NCBI RefSeq assembly: GCF_011386835.1
Contig: NC_088797.1
Coordinates: 83,514,001-83,578,000, forward strand
Reading direction: 5' to 3'
Source of the DNA: Chrysemys picta bellii
Lineage: Eukaryota
DNA length: 64,000 nt
The stretch's first letter is position 1. Each line of letters begins with the position of its first letter. Below are positions 11,687-23,183 of this stretch, piece by piece. A model generated the notes under the pieces. It was not told the origin of the DNA and did no database searches. It saw only the letters and a program-made list of their open reading frames with translations. Both the position numbers and the translations under genes were made by a program.

Positions 11687-11887
11687 GTATCAGAGGGGTA
11701 GCCGTGTTAGTCTGGATCTGTAAAAGCAGCAAAGAGTCCTGTGGCACCTTATAGACTAACAGACGTATTGGAGCATGAGCTTTCGTGGATGAATACCCAC
11801 TTGCATCCGATGAAGTGGGTATTCACCCATGAAAGCTCATGCTCCAATACGTCTGTTAGTCTATAAGGTGCCACAGGACTCTTTGCT
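11687..11887. mobile_element. Non-autonomous PLE-tail hairpin element
   Basis: 13-bp TSD ACTTGTATGCCTA (11674-11686 and 11888-11900); inverted arms of about 75 bp around the loop GCATCCGATG; sequence matches the tail of the PLE at 4055-4170. Confidence 0.9.
11803..11842 (+). ncRNA. Hammerhead-like motif, CCGAUGA core variant
   Basis: GCAT-CCGATGA-A-GTGGG-TATTCA-CCCAT-GAAA-GC-TC-ATGC; perfect 4-bp stem I. Confidence 0.6.
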
Positions 11888-12615
11888 ACTTGTATGCCTA
11901 ATCACCTGAATTGTATGTGTGTAAATGTGGGTATCGCGCATATAAATGTGTATTCATCCATGTATGTTCATTTTTTGTGGGCACAAGTCAGACTCTTTTT
12001 TTTTTTTTTTACAAATTTGTTACTAAATGATTAAGTCAGTCCAACAGAAACTCTGAAATATTCTAATTATGAGCTTTAACTAGGGATGATTTCCTGCATA
12101 CTTTCAAATTTCATTTCACATCTGCTGCAGAAAACTCTGGCATTCTTCTCTTTCATTTCACACCTCTTTCACTTCCAGACATGCTATTGAGCATATAAAC
12201 TGCACATGTAGGGTGAGGACCCACATGCCAAGTCAACTACAGTAAATAGACATTTTAATTTTAGAGGGATGTTTTTAATGGATACAATGTTTGTATAAAG
12301 CCTAATACAGAGGCAGATCCAAGCAGCAAACTTGTCTTACCCTAGATCCAGGGTTTTGGTTCAGTTCCTGCTTTTAGTAATATAACACGCATTGCTATAT
12401 AGTTTACAGTTATACATTTAGTTTACAGCTATCCTTTATATTTTAAAAACAATGTATTAAATTTAGACAGTGCCCAAGGTGCCTACTATCTACTATTCTA
12501 GATAGCATGGGAAGGGCTGCACTGCAACCCGAGCCCTCAGTAACAAATCTGGGTGAATCCGATAGAATTCATTTTAGAGGTACCTGGGTAGCAAGCACTG
12601 ACACAGCCACTGCAC

Positions 12616-12825
12616 AAGGGGTTCTCAAGTTGGTGGTTTGGACCCCTCAGGGGGTCACGAGGTTATTACATGGGGGGTTGCGAGTTGTCAACCTCCACCC
12701 CAAACCCCTGCATTTATAATGGTATTAAATATATTAAAAAATGTTTTTAATTTATAATGGGGGGGTTGCACTCAGAGGCTTGCTATGTGAAAGAGGTCAC
12801 CAGTACAAAAGTTTGAGAATCACTG
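12616..12825. mobile_element. hAT-type MITE
   Basis: TIR-like AAGGGGTTCTCAAG / TTTGAGAATCACTG; 8-bp TSD CACTGCAC/CACTACAC (7/8 match). Confidence 0.72.
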
Positions 12826-12927
12826 CACTACACTATGTGTAGCAAGATCCCTCCTCTGCACCTGGGCAGATCAGCTAGCTCACCCATGCACCTTGAGGCA
12901 GTACATTCTATGCCCCCATACTCACTC

Positions 12928-13202
12928 AGTAGATCTACACTGCATCTGGGAGTGAGCCTCTCAGCCTGGGCAGTCAAACTCGTGTAACCAGAGCTCGCAT
13001 TAGTGCTCTAAAAGTAGCTATGTAGATGCTGTGGGTCAGGCTGGAACTTGGGCTTTCAAACCTTGGGGTAGGGTGGAACTTGAGAGCCTCAGCATCAAAG
13101 CAACATGTACACGGCTACTTTGAGCATGTTAAAAGCCCCAGTAACATAAATCTGTCTAACCGTGCTGGGAGGCTCATTTCCAGACACAGTGTAGATAGAC
13201 CC
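12928..13202. mobile_element. PIF/Harbinger-type MITE, degenerate
   Basis: Ends GATCTACACTG ... CAGTGTAGATAGACCC resemble the TIR family at 7008. Confidence 0.55.
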
Positions 13203-14357
13203 ACTGTGGTTGGTCCTTGTGCCAGAGGAGTGCAGGAGGAGAGAAAGGCTTCTTGCACCTTTCCTGCTTTGCATATCCACACAAGAGTCAGCTACATTTT
13301 GCCCCAACTAACTAATCTCACAAATCCACATGAGGTAGGTAAATTATTAGTGTTACAGATAAGGAAACTAAAACATAAAAGTTAAGGTCAACATTATCAA
13401 AAGCAGCCTCTGATTTTGGATGCCTCTGTCTTTGTGTGTCCAAAGTTAAGATATACAGAGTGAAATCCTGACCCCATTGAAGTTAATGGGAGTTTTGCCA
13501 TCAGCTTTAGTGGGGTCAGAATTTTACCCGCTATGCTTAATTTTCAGAAGTGATGAACACCCACAACTCCAGCTGAAGTCAAAGGGAACCCCAAAATTGA
13601 GGATCTCAAATTAAGAGACCACTTTTGAAAATGTTAGCATGAGTGACCTGCCCAAGACCAGGCACCAAAGATGCGATCATATTTTAGTAGTGCAGGCGTT
13701 CCAGTCTCTTGCTTTATCTAGTAGAACACTCTCCCCGTCAATATATGCTATTTAAATTCCTTTCAGTGTAATTGCCTGCTACACGCATTCTCTGCTTTTT
13801 ACTCCTGCCCTTCTTTCCTCTTTTGAAAGCCATACAAAAAGAAATCTCACAGGAGTATTTGTATTATTTTGTTGTCATGCCCTGTTCCAAACTTTCCTAT
13901 TGTATGGCCATCTTCCACTGTCAACTCAGCAGTTTTCTTATTACAAGTCTCTTAATAATTATGTTATGCTGTGTTATTTTCCCTTTCTAGCATTCTGCTC
14001 CAGAACTATCCACAAATAAATAAATAAATATTTTTTTTTCCATATAAGGTGAAAGTGGTAAATTTAGAAAAGGGCTGATAATTAATAGCTTGAAAAGGGA
14101 GAAGAAAAGATAAAGATTTACCCTTCCAGCAGGAAAGCTTTCGAAGTTTCTGTCACAAAAGAAGAAGAGAAGGAAGAAGCTTAAATGTAATATTGTAGCA
14201 CTCATAAGGGAATGTCAGGATTAGGTTTACCTGTGTACTCTCTTTATGGATTGAAGGTCTGCTGAGGCGGTCAAAGATCAGGTCAGGGTCACTGGTCAAA
14301 CCCAACATTTTCCCATTGGCATTGCATTTGGTCTACCCTGCATGTGGGGGCCATAAT

Positions 14358-15110
14358 GATTATGTTGAGAAAGAGAAACAGCAGATGAAAGAAGCTTATG
14401 AACTGGAATCAAAATGTTCTTAAAAACACATACTGCTCATGGAAAGAATCACTAAGATCAGAAAGTGGATAGTGCTGCCCTCATACCAGATGGCAGACTA
14501 CTTTTTCAGACACTTTTAAAGAGAGGGGGCCAGGCACATTCAAATCCTATTGGGAAGATAAAATTCATGCAGTACTTCAAAGGAACGGGGGTAATACAGA
14601 CCATGAAATAAAAGCAGAAGATAAAAAAGGATGTGTTCTTCACCGCAATCTTTTACTTCCCTGTGACATCTTATCCTTGATATAACCCTCTTAACCATCA
14701 CAGCAGAAGACATAGAGAACAAGGCAAACTAGCACAATGAGAGCTCACAATGAAAACAGGAATTTGGACTCCAGTAATTCTCATAGTCAGAGCGAAGATG
14801 AACTATATTATGTGATGAAACCAGTTACTGTCCGTAGCACAGAAGCTGAATCCAGAGGCAGAAACATTTTATCCACATCTGGGAAATGAGGATATTGTTA
14901 ATCCTGTAAACTTCAAAACTGATCATCACACTGATGTGACATTCACACCAGCTGTTGAAAGACACAAATGCCAAAATAGGAATATAGAACCTAAAATCAG
15001 TAGTGTATAAGATGACAGAACAATCTACTGACATGAGAGGTCATCCTGCTAGAGAGAGAACATCCCCACAGATACTCACATATGAACAGTTAAGGACACC
15101 TATTTATCAG
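14358..15110 (+). pseudogene. Gypsy/Ty3 integrase C-terminal relic
   Basis: Manual translation gives DQKVDSAALIPDGRLLFRHFKERGPGTFKSYWEDKIHAV...VLHRNLLLPCD (14638-14667) and later RERTSPQILTYEQL; contains stops and frameshifts. Confidence 0.75.
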
Positions 15111-18100
15111 TTTCTACATCTAACTGTTGGGTTGGTGAATGCACCATGGCCTGTGCTCATGTTTGCACATGTCATACACCATGTACCTATTCCTGTACCT
15201 TACCCTGCATTGTATCAAAGACTGATGTAATATTTGTAAATGATGTTATATTGACTTATGATATGGATATGGTTCTAAATAAAGTGTTTTCTAGTTCTTG
15301 ATACTTTCTTATTATGTTAATTTAGAGGAGTCTTTTCTAAATAGCTTACATATGCCAGTGACTTGGAGTTACCTAGTTATACCCTTTATTATATGGTAAC
15401 TGTAATTTCATAATATAGGAATATCTTTGGGAATTTAAGATGGCTATTCTGTTGGATAGTAGAACCACACTTGCTGCAGAAACATTCTGCTTAATGTGAA
15501 ATAAACGGAAGAGATTCAGTTTTCACTATCAGTACCAGAACTTGTGAAAGTGGAGATTCAATTGAGAAGGACTGTTATAAGCTTGCAGAATTTGTAGACT
15601 ACTCTTAATAAATAAAATGAATGGACTGTATGCTGTATATTGTTAATAGAAATGCTGAGATGACATTACTTTTACGAGCTGGAAGTGTAGCACTGACAAG
15701 AGAATGTCAGGGTTAGATTTACCTGTACCATCTCCCTTTAAGGATTGAACGTTTGCTGATGGGCGCAAAAAGGATAATTCTGGTTGCAGCAGCAGAGGGG
15801 TGTGTGCTTTGAAAGTACTGAGCAGCAACAGGGCTTGTTCAAGCAGTGGATTTTTTTTAATATCAAGTTTAATAAAATTTAAGTTTTAAACTGTCCCTAG
15901 TCTGGGCATGTAACAGTAACATCTCTGTGCAATATACAACTGCAGTGTATGCACTCAAAACTTAAGTGGCTATTATCTCTTTTAAGGTGGTCAGTCATTT
16001 CTTATAGTATATCTTGTCAAGACCTGCACTAATTGCAGGTGGGGTAAGCAAAAGAGAAGCTAAAGTGAAGCAGCCATGGCTGTGTTGCAGAAAACAAATG
16101 CACCCGCATATATATTATTCAGGGTTTTTTTTAACTTAATATTCTAAATTTAAAATTTATTGAGGATTCTTTTCTAACATGACAGACCCTGAAAGATGAA
16201 AGTTAAGAAAGAAATCCTCAAGGCATTTTTGTTGTTAATTATTCTCTGTCTTCTAAAACTGTCATGAAAAAGCCAAACAGTTCTCAAGAGGTTTTTTGGG
16301 GATTCCAAGGGTAAGTAGTTTTAGGTAAGAATTCTACTTCATACCTTTTCATTACTGAAAATCTAAGGCAAACGTAAGCAGTCAAACAAATAAGAAAATA
16401 CTTTTGAGTTATCAAGTGTATCAGAGCCATAAATTCATAAGGTCATAGGCCTCAGGATATGTTTCAATGGCCCAGGGGGATAGAACACTCTGCCACAACA
16501 GATCATAATTGCTGCAATCTTATCACCTTTAAAACAAAATGTAAAATTCTTCTCTTCTTCCAGGGGGCCAAACAAAAGCCTACTATACTAAATCAACAGA
16601 TTATGCTAGATGAAAAGGATGTTAAAGAAGATTGTTTCCATGCATGCTCATGGATGGGAAGGAGAGAACAAAACCAACATTTTTTAAAATACATTTTGCT
16701 GACTTTATGTGACTTATAAGGAGCCTGTATCCTCAAAGATATTTAGCTGCCTAACTCCAAATAATTTCCACGGAAGTTAGGCACCTAAATGCCTTTGAAG
16801 ATCTGAGACTCAGATACTACAGATGTATGTGCAGGGCAGATAAGACAGACAAAATGCTCAGTTCTGTTGCCTTTTTCTTGAACCCAGATTCAAGAATGTC
16901 TCTTCTTTAGCAATGACTGATGTGCTAGGGATCAAGGTGAGCTAGCTGACACCTCAACCCTGACAAGATGGGAATGATGCTTTTTGGTATAGTGAATGAT
17001 TCTAGAGAAGAACGGCAATTTCTGCACCAGTTAGGAGTCGTGCTGCCTTGTGCCAAAATGCTTCTCTTGGGGTCTGTGAGTGAGTTGAGCCCCCACCACA
17101 TCCTTGGAGTGTTCAATATCATTCTCTTTCTGGGGTTTGGCTTTACTGGTAATTCAGAAAGAGTAATACAATATAAACCTCAACCCAAGCTTCTCCTCTA
17201 AACTTGGCTGTTTCTAGGGTTTACCTCCAATATCTCCTCTGACATTGCTCTCTCTAGCCCACAGAAACAGCCCAGCCCTGAAAGCAACGCAGAAGCGAGT
17301 GTGGCAATCTCAAAACCCATCTACAAGAGCTTTGTGATCCTCCACGACTCCCTTTTGAGTTGGGACCCCCCTGGTTAGAACACTGTGAAATTTCAGATGT
17401 AAACATCTGAAAGAGTGAAATTGACTATTTAGAAAATCCCATGACTGCGAATTTGACTAAAATGGGCCATGAATTTGGTAGGGTCCTAATCATTTCCCAT
17501 CAATCTTAGTTTTAGCACCTGAGCCAAGGATGATTCAATAGAAGGATCTTGCAATCCTATATATGGTCTCAGAGTGTCCCCATTGGATAATTGCATTGGA
17601 TTTATTACTGTTCTTGGAATGCTAGATGTGGAAGCAGTGATGGATATTTAGTTTCTTATCTGTAACTGATCAGATGGGCTCAACCACTCCACTCTTATAT
17701 GGACCTTACAATGCCAGCCACACTTTTGTCATCACCAGGTTAGAGTACTAAAATATGTCTTTATTAAGAATACACCTGAAGAGCACTCAGAAATTACAGC
17801 TGGCACAAAAGGAAGCTGCATGCCTCCTGAACAGGGTAGGCTGCTATGAGCCGGTAACCTGAATGCTTCAATCTCAACATTCGGTTCCTTTGTACTTCCA
17901 CGTGCAGTTCAAACAGTGAATATCACAGGACCCAATTACCCGAGAGACCACTTTTCACCCCCTGTAAAACTCTCGACAGGTGGGATTAACTGGCATATTT
18001 TTGCTACCAGATTTTAGAATAAAGATCCGAGCTGTGTCTTCTGTTTTTCTGCTAAACTTTCATTTAATTGTTTCCTCATCCTCCCATCCCACAACACCAC

Positions 18101-18142
18101 CATTTGTCTATTTCATCTTATTTTCTTGTCCTGTCAGATGCC

Positions 18143-18285
18143 TAGACTGTAAACTCTCTGGGGCAGGGACAGTCTTTTGTGCTACTTCTCTGTTCAGTGC
18201 CTATCACAATGGGACCAGTTGTGAGTTAGAAATCTTCTTTTTTAATTTAAGCCAGGTAAATACTATGATAATAAACACAATAAAA
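18143..18285 (+). mobile_element. L2/MIR-like 3' tail fragment
   Basis: gactgtaaactctctggggcagggac...cagtgcctatcacaatggg. Related copies at 19903-19996 (-), 45042-45119 (-) and 63264-63401 (+). Confidence 0.5.
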
Positions 18286-18476
18286 ACTAATAAAACAAAC
18301 AAAAGTACATAGACCTGTTTCCATTTTATACTTAGTCATGTTGTGTGCCAAATTCAAAGGATGAGTTATCTTAACCTTAAACTCCCTATCTGGCACTACT
18401 GATCATTCTCTTAAGAGCATGTGATTTGGATGTTGCATCTACTGCTGATGTTCTCTCTTCTTGTGTAGGATCTATT

Positions 18477-19034
18477 CAGGAAAGTGAGCTGGTACGGGCC
18501 GGTATGGCGTACCGGTAAGAAGCCAGTGCCGGCCCGTACTCAGCCCACATTAAAGCGCTGCCATGGCAGCGCTTTGATATCCCTGCCCCTTTTCCCTCCC
18601 CCATCGGTAGCCCTGCTGGTAGGGTCCGTACCAACAGGGCTGCCGACAGGTGGGGCAAAAGGGGCAGGGACGTTAAAGCGCTGCCGGGTCCTTTGTCACA
18701 GCAACGCTTTAACGTTGCTGCGCCCCCTCATCGGTGGCCCTGCCGCAGGCCTCCAACAGGGGTGGGGGGAGAAGCAGCAACGTTAAAGCGCTGCTGTGGC
18801 AAAGGACCCGGCAGCACTTTAACGTCTCTGCCCCTTTTCCCCCCCCTCGGCCGCTGATGGGCCCTTTAAATCGCCACTGGAGCCCCAGCTGGCAAAGGCC
18901 AGGCAGCATGGAAGGGCTGGCTGGAGGATGCTGACCCCCCAGCCCTGCCCCTTCTGCCCGAGGCCCCACCTCTTCCGGGGTGGAGCCGGCCCCAGCCCCA
19001 TACCGGTAAGTGACCGGAGTTCCTTTCACCCCTG
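18477..19034. mobile_element. hAT-type non-autonomous element
   Basis: Perfect 8-bp TSD GATCTATT; CAGG...CCTG termini; repeated internal TTAAAGCGCTGC / GCAGCGCTTTAA inverted motifs. Confidence 0.9.
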
Positions 19035-19178
19035 GATCTATTCCTTGCATCACTATGTACCTATAATATATTAAATGATAAATTATATGACATTCATTAT
19101 ATTAATTATAAATTACATTTAAGTTATCACACAAAATTATATTAAATTAGTCTTGTAATTATCTTTATTGCATTAGTG

Positions 19179-19899
19179 CAGACGTGGGAAAACTATGGCC
19201 CGCCGCTCCCACTGGGCAGCGTGCGGAGTGCAGCTGGCTCTGGCCGGGTGTTGCGGCTGCAGGCTCCTGCTGCTTGTAAGGGGGCGGGGAGCAGGGGGGT
19301 TGGGTAAGGGAGTGGGAGGTCCTGGGGGGCATCAGGGAGGAGGGGGCGGTTGCATGGGGCAGAGATTCTGAGGGGGGAAGTCAGGGGATCGGGAACAGGG
19401 AGGGTTGGGGGTGGGAGTCCCAGGGGCCCTGTCAGGGGCCGGGGATGTGAATAGGGGTCAGGAGGGCAGTCAGGGGACAGGGAGCAGAGGGTGTTGGATA
19501 AGGGGGTGGGATCCCGGGGAGCAGTTAGGGATGGGGGGTTCCAGGAGGGGATGGTGATCAGGGGACGAGGAGCAGAGGGCAGTTGGATAGGGGGTGGGAG
19601 TCCCGAGGGGGCTGTCAGGGGGCGGGGGTGTGGATAGGAGTTGGGGCAGTCAGGGGACAGGGAGCAGGGGGGTTGGATATGGGACGGGGGTCCTGGGAGG
19701 GGGCAGTCAGGGGACGAGGAGCAGGGGGGTTGGATGGGTTGGGAGTTCTGAGGGGGGCAGTCAGGGGGCGGGAAGTGGGAGGGGGCACATAGGGGGCAGG
19801 GGCCATGCTGTTTGGGGGGCACAGCCTTCCCTACCCGGCCCTCCATACAGTTGTGCAACCCCGATGTGGCTCTCAGGCCAAAAAGTTTGCCCACCCCTG
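19179..19899. mobile_element. hAT-type non-autonomous element with internal G-rich minisatellite
   Basis: TIR-like CAGACGTGGGAAAACT / AGTTTGCCCACCCCTG; TSD CATTAGTG/CACTAGTG (7/8 match). Confidence 0.85.
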
Positions 19900-20091
19900 C
19901 ACTAGTGCCTAGAGTTCTCAGATAAGTCAAGCCACTATTGTGCTAGGCAATGTACAAACATATAATAAAGAACTGCCCCAAAGAGCTTCAGATCTAAAAG
20001 ACAAGATGCAATGGGGAGCTAAAAAAAACCAAGTTCTGCTCGGGACACAGGGAGGAGGACAGAAGAGCTAACAACGACAGTAACAATAGGA

Positions 20092-20189
20092 AAAAACAAT
20101 GAGGAGTCCTTGTGGCACCTTAGAGACTAACAAATTTATTTGGGCATAAGCTTTCATGGGTTAGGATTAGGGTTAGGGTTTGAAACCAA
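20092..20189 (-). mobile_element. PLE 3'-tail fragment fused to telomeric repeats
   Basis: PLE tail gaggagtccttgtggcaccttagagactaac...gcataagctttcatggg, then TTAGGA-TTAGGG-TTAGGG-TT (20161-20180). Flanks TAACAATAGGA/TAACAACAGGA (10/11 match). Confidence 0.8.
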
Positions 20190-22107
20190 TAACAACAGGA
20201 TGTTTTAGCATAGATGTTTTAAGTTCTAGTGTAACTTTTTTGCTACAGTCCTGTGTGGGGATGGGCTATTCAGAGCCACGCCATCCCAGTGGGAACAGCA
20301 GGCATCATTGTGCCACAGGGAGCAGAGAGAATGTCCATCAGGAGACTCTGAAAGGGTGTGCAGCATACATTCCTCTGACACAACTGGCCAGTTCTGCTGG
20401 TTTAGTGCACAGAGGTAGCAGTGCTTCACTCCAGATCCTCCCTGCTCAGCTCACAAGACCACAGACACTACATAGGGTGGTTGTCTCCCACATAAAGGAT
20501 GGGCTACAAGAGATGAGGAAGATTCCCTGGGTCACCATCACAGGAACCAACCACAATTTAGACCTAAGTTATTTGCCATCATTTATAAGCAAGATTATGG
20601 ATGTGGACCATCCCTAAATAGTTATTCTCATGAGCTCAATAGTTATATGTTGTGATTAGATCTGAGGTAGTGGGGTAGGTTCAGGCAGACGTAGAATGTC
20701 AAAATTGGTATTAAAGAGTTGCCTCCTGGGGAAATACCCCTTGTGCCTTTATATTGGCTCACTGGCTGAATAGCCCAGCAGGCCTGGAGAGAGCAGTCAC
20801 AAAAATCAGTCTGGGAGCCCAAAGGCAGGAAATGGAAAGCAGAGACAAACCATCACTCTGGAGTTGCATGTTTTTACATTGCAGCCCTTCTGGAAATATA
20901 ATAGGAGAACTAGCAGTCTGCAGATTGCTACTGTGCTAGTACAGGATATCACCTCATGAATGACTCTGCTGGTAACCGCCCAGAACACAACTCATTGGCA
21001 CAGCCATCATTGCACTGTCAACTATATTTATTTTAACATTTGTAAAACCAAGGCTAACAGAAGTATCCAAGAGCTGTAAAATTCCAGCAGGCCACCGCAC
21101 CTAGTGAAGTTAATGGCAAAATTCTCATTGACTTCATCAGCAGTATGAGCGCGTCTTGATAACATGCTAAAAAACTGTACAAAAACATATTTGTTTTTGT
21201 TATACCAAAATGTCATCCTTTCATTATAGAAGTAGTAGTAGTATTAAGGTCATGGTATGTACTTTTAATTAATCTGTCTATTGAAAGACTGGAGACAATA
21301 CTAAATAAGAATGTTGATATTGTTAGAGATACTAACATCTGTTTTATCTCTTTTAAAGCAGATGGTTGGGAAATCACTTATTCCCCATTTTCCCCTCTAT
21401 TACTTCTGCCCTTGTACAAGACTGTGCTATGTGGAGAAAATTGTATTAGGCAAAAAAAAAAAAAAAAAAAAGGCGTGATACCAGACACTTCAGCCAAGAG
21501 GATGAAACAATTGTGCTTATTAAGATGACATTGGTGAACAATTTTTATGATTCTCTACTAAAATACTCCCTCCATCCCCCACCCATTTTATGTACCAGGG
21601 AAGAGAACAAAATGGGTGATTGACTTTCTGTTATATGGAAGTAAATATAACACACAGAAAATTGAGATTCTGCAAAAATCCATAGCAGCATAAAAGATGT
21701 TTAAATTCTCTGTTATCTGAAAAATGAAATATATTAAGGGAATGATTTTATAAACTTATTAGCTGACTCTCGAGTATTCATTTTTTTGAAAGGAGTATTA
21801 TGCAATTTCTTTAGATATACAACATGCTTTTATAAAGAAAATACACATGAAACTAATATATATAAAACCAAAGAAGGAAAAACAATTCAAAGTAAAATCA
21901 GGACAAGGAATAAAGGAAAGATAAAAATCAAGAACAGGAAGTTAATAGGGAAAAAAAGAACATTTTAAATCAACAATCTTTGAAAAGGAATATTTGTACA
22001 GTATTTACTTGTAAAGCTTGAGTGAGGTATATAGAGAACATCTGCTAGAGTGCAATAGTATAATGATTTTAGTTTGGGATGGCTATGCTATTTATAAGAC
22101 TACAGAG

Positions 22108-22430
22108 CAGTAGTGGGCAATCTGCGGCCCGTCAGGGTAATCTGCTGGTGGCCTGCAAGCCAGTTTGTTTACATTGACCGTCCGCAGTCACAGCCACCCA
22201 GAGTTCCCAGCGGCCGTGGTTCACCACTCCTGGCCAGTGGGAGCTGCAGGAAGAGGTGCGGGCCATAGGGACATGCTGGCCGCTGCTTCCCGCAGCTCCC
22301 ATTGGCCGGGAACAGGGAACTATGGCCACTGGGAGCTGTGGGCAGCTGTGCCTGTGGATGGTCAATGTAAACAAACTGTCTCGTGGCCTGCCAGTGGATT
22401 ACCCTGCAGGCCGCAGGTTGCCCATCACTG
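22108..22430. mobile_element. hAT-type MITE, largely palindromic
   Basis: TIRs CAGTAGTGGGCAATCTGCGGCC / GGCCGCAGGTTGCCCATCACTG; TSD CTACAGAG/CTATAGAG; internal inverted GTTTGTTTACATTGACC / GGTCAATGTAAACAAAC. Confidence 0.9.
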
Positions 22431-22759
22431 CTATAGAGAATACATGATCCCTGTCTTCAGAGCTTACAATCCAAACAGACAAAGGATGTGGGATGGAATA
22501 AAATACATCAATAAATGCCTGGGATGGAGTTCAGCAGCCATCTTACTAGGTTCAGAATGTTTGTTTTGGATTCTTTTTTAATACCCCCTTTCCCAACCAA
22601 ATCTCAACTGTCTTGTTGCCACAGGTTCCCAGCTCACTCCATGGCTACCTATTGTGTCCTTCCACCTGTCCCTGCCAAACCCACATCACAGATTTAGGGA
22701 TGAATGTGAGAAAGATAACAAAAAAGCAATTGAAATGGTGCCCATGTTACTAGCATGGA

Positions 22760-23183
22760 TTTACACCTGTACACCCAACTAACGCGTGTATAAATAGCAG
22801 TGTAAACGGTGAGCCAAGTAGATTACAGTAGAGTGCCCTACCCACTTGAAACCTAGGGTATATATCCTAGAAGGCTCTCTACATACCCAAGCAGTACCTC
22901 CCATGTCTACATTGCTATTTCCAGCATTGTACTGTCCTGCTGGCAGAGCCTTTCCCACTGCAACGAAAGGCTCCAGCAATGAGGAAAGACTCTGGAAGGG
23001 GGGAGAGGCAGAGGGGAAAGACTCTGGCAGCACTCCCCTGACAAAATCTTTCTTTGCTGCTCTGAAAGACTCAGGCAATAGGGAGCTGCCAGACCCTTTT
23101 CTGCTGCCTCCCCCCACAAGAGCCTTTCACTTTCACTTGTAGCTACACATACCCTACACGCCACCGGTAGCGTAGACAAGGTC
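22760..23183. mobile_element. Degenerate Harbinger-like MITE
   Basis: The right end TAGCGTAGACAAGGTC-TTA resembles the CTACAC/GTGTAG TIR family; the left end is unclear. Confidence 0.4.

Noticed and set aside
18476-19053. Repeat-spacer-like pattern suggestive of CRISPR
   Set aside because: Vertebrate context; the repeats are inverted, irregularly spaced and enclosed by hAT TIRs and a TSD; no cas genes.
19193-19930. 245-aa Pro-rich ORF and overlapping Gly-rich ORFs
   Set aside because: Artefact of the G/C-skewed minisatellite inside a hAT element.
20180-20617. 145-aa plus-strand ORF
   Set aside because: Starts at TTG in the telomeric junction, has no domain similarity I can recognise, and has no splice support.
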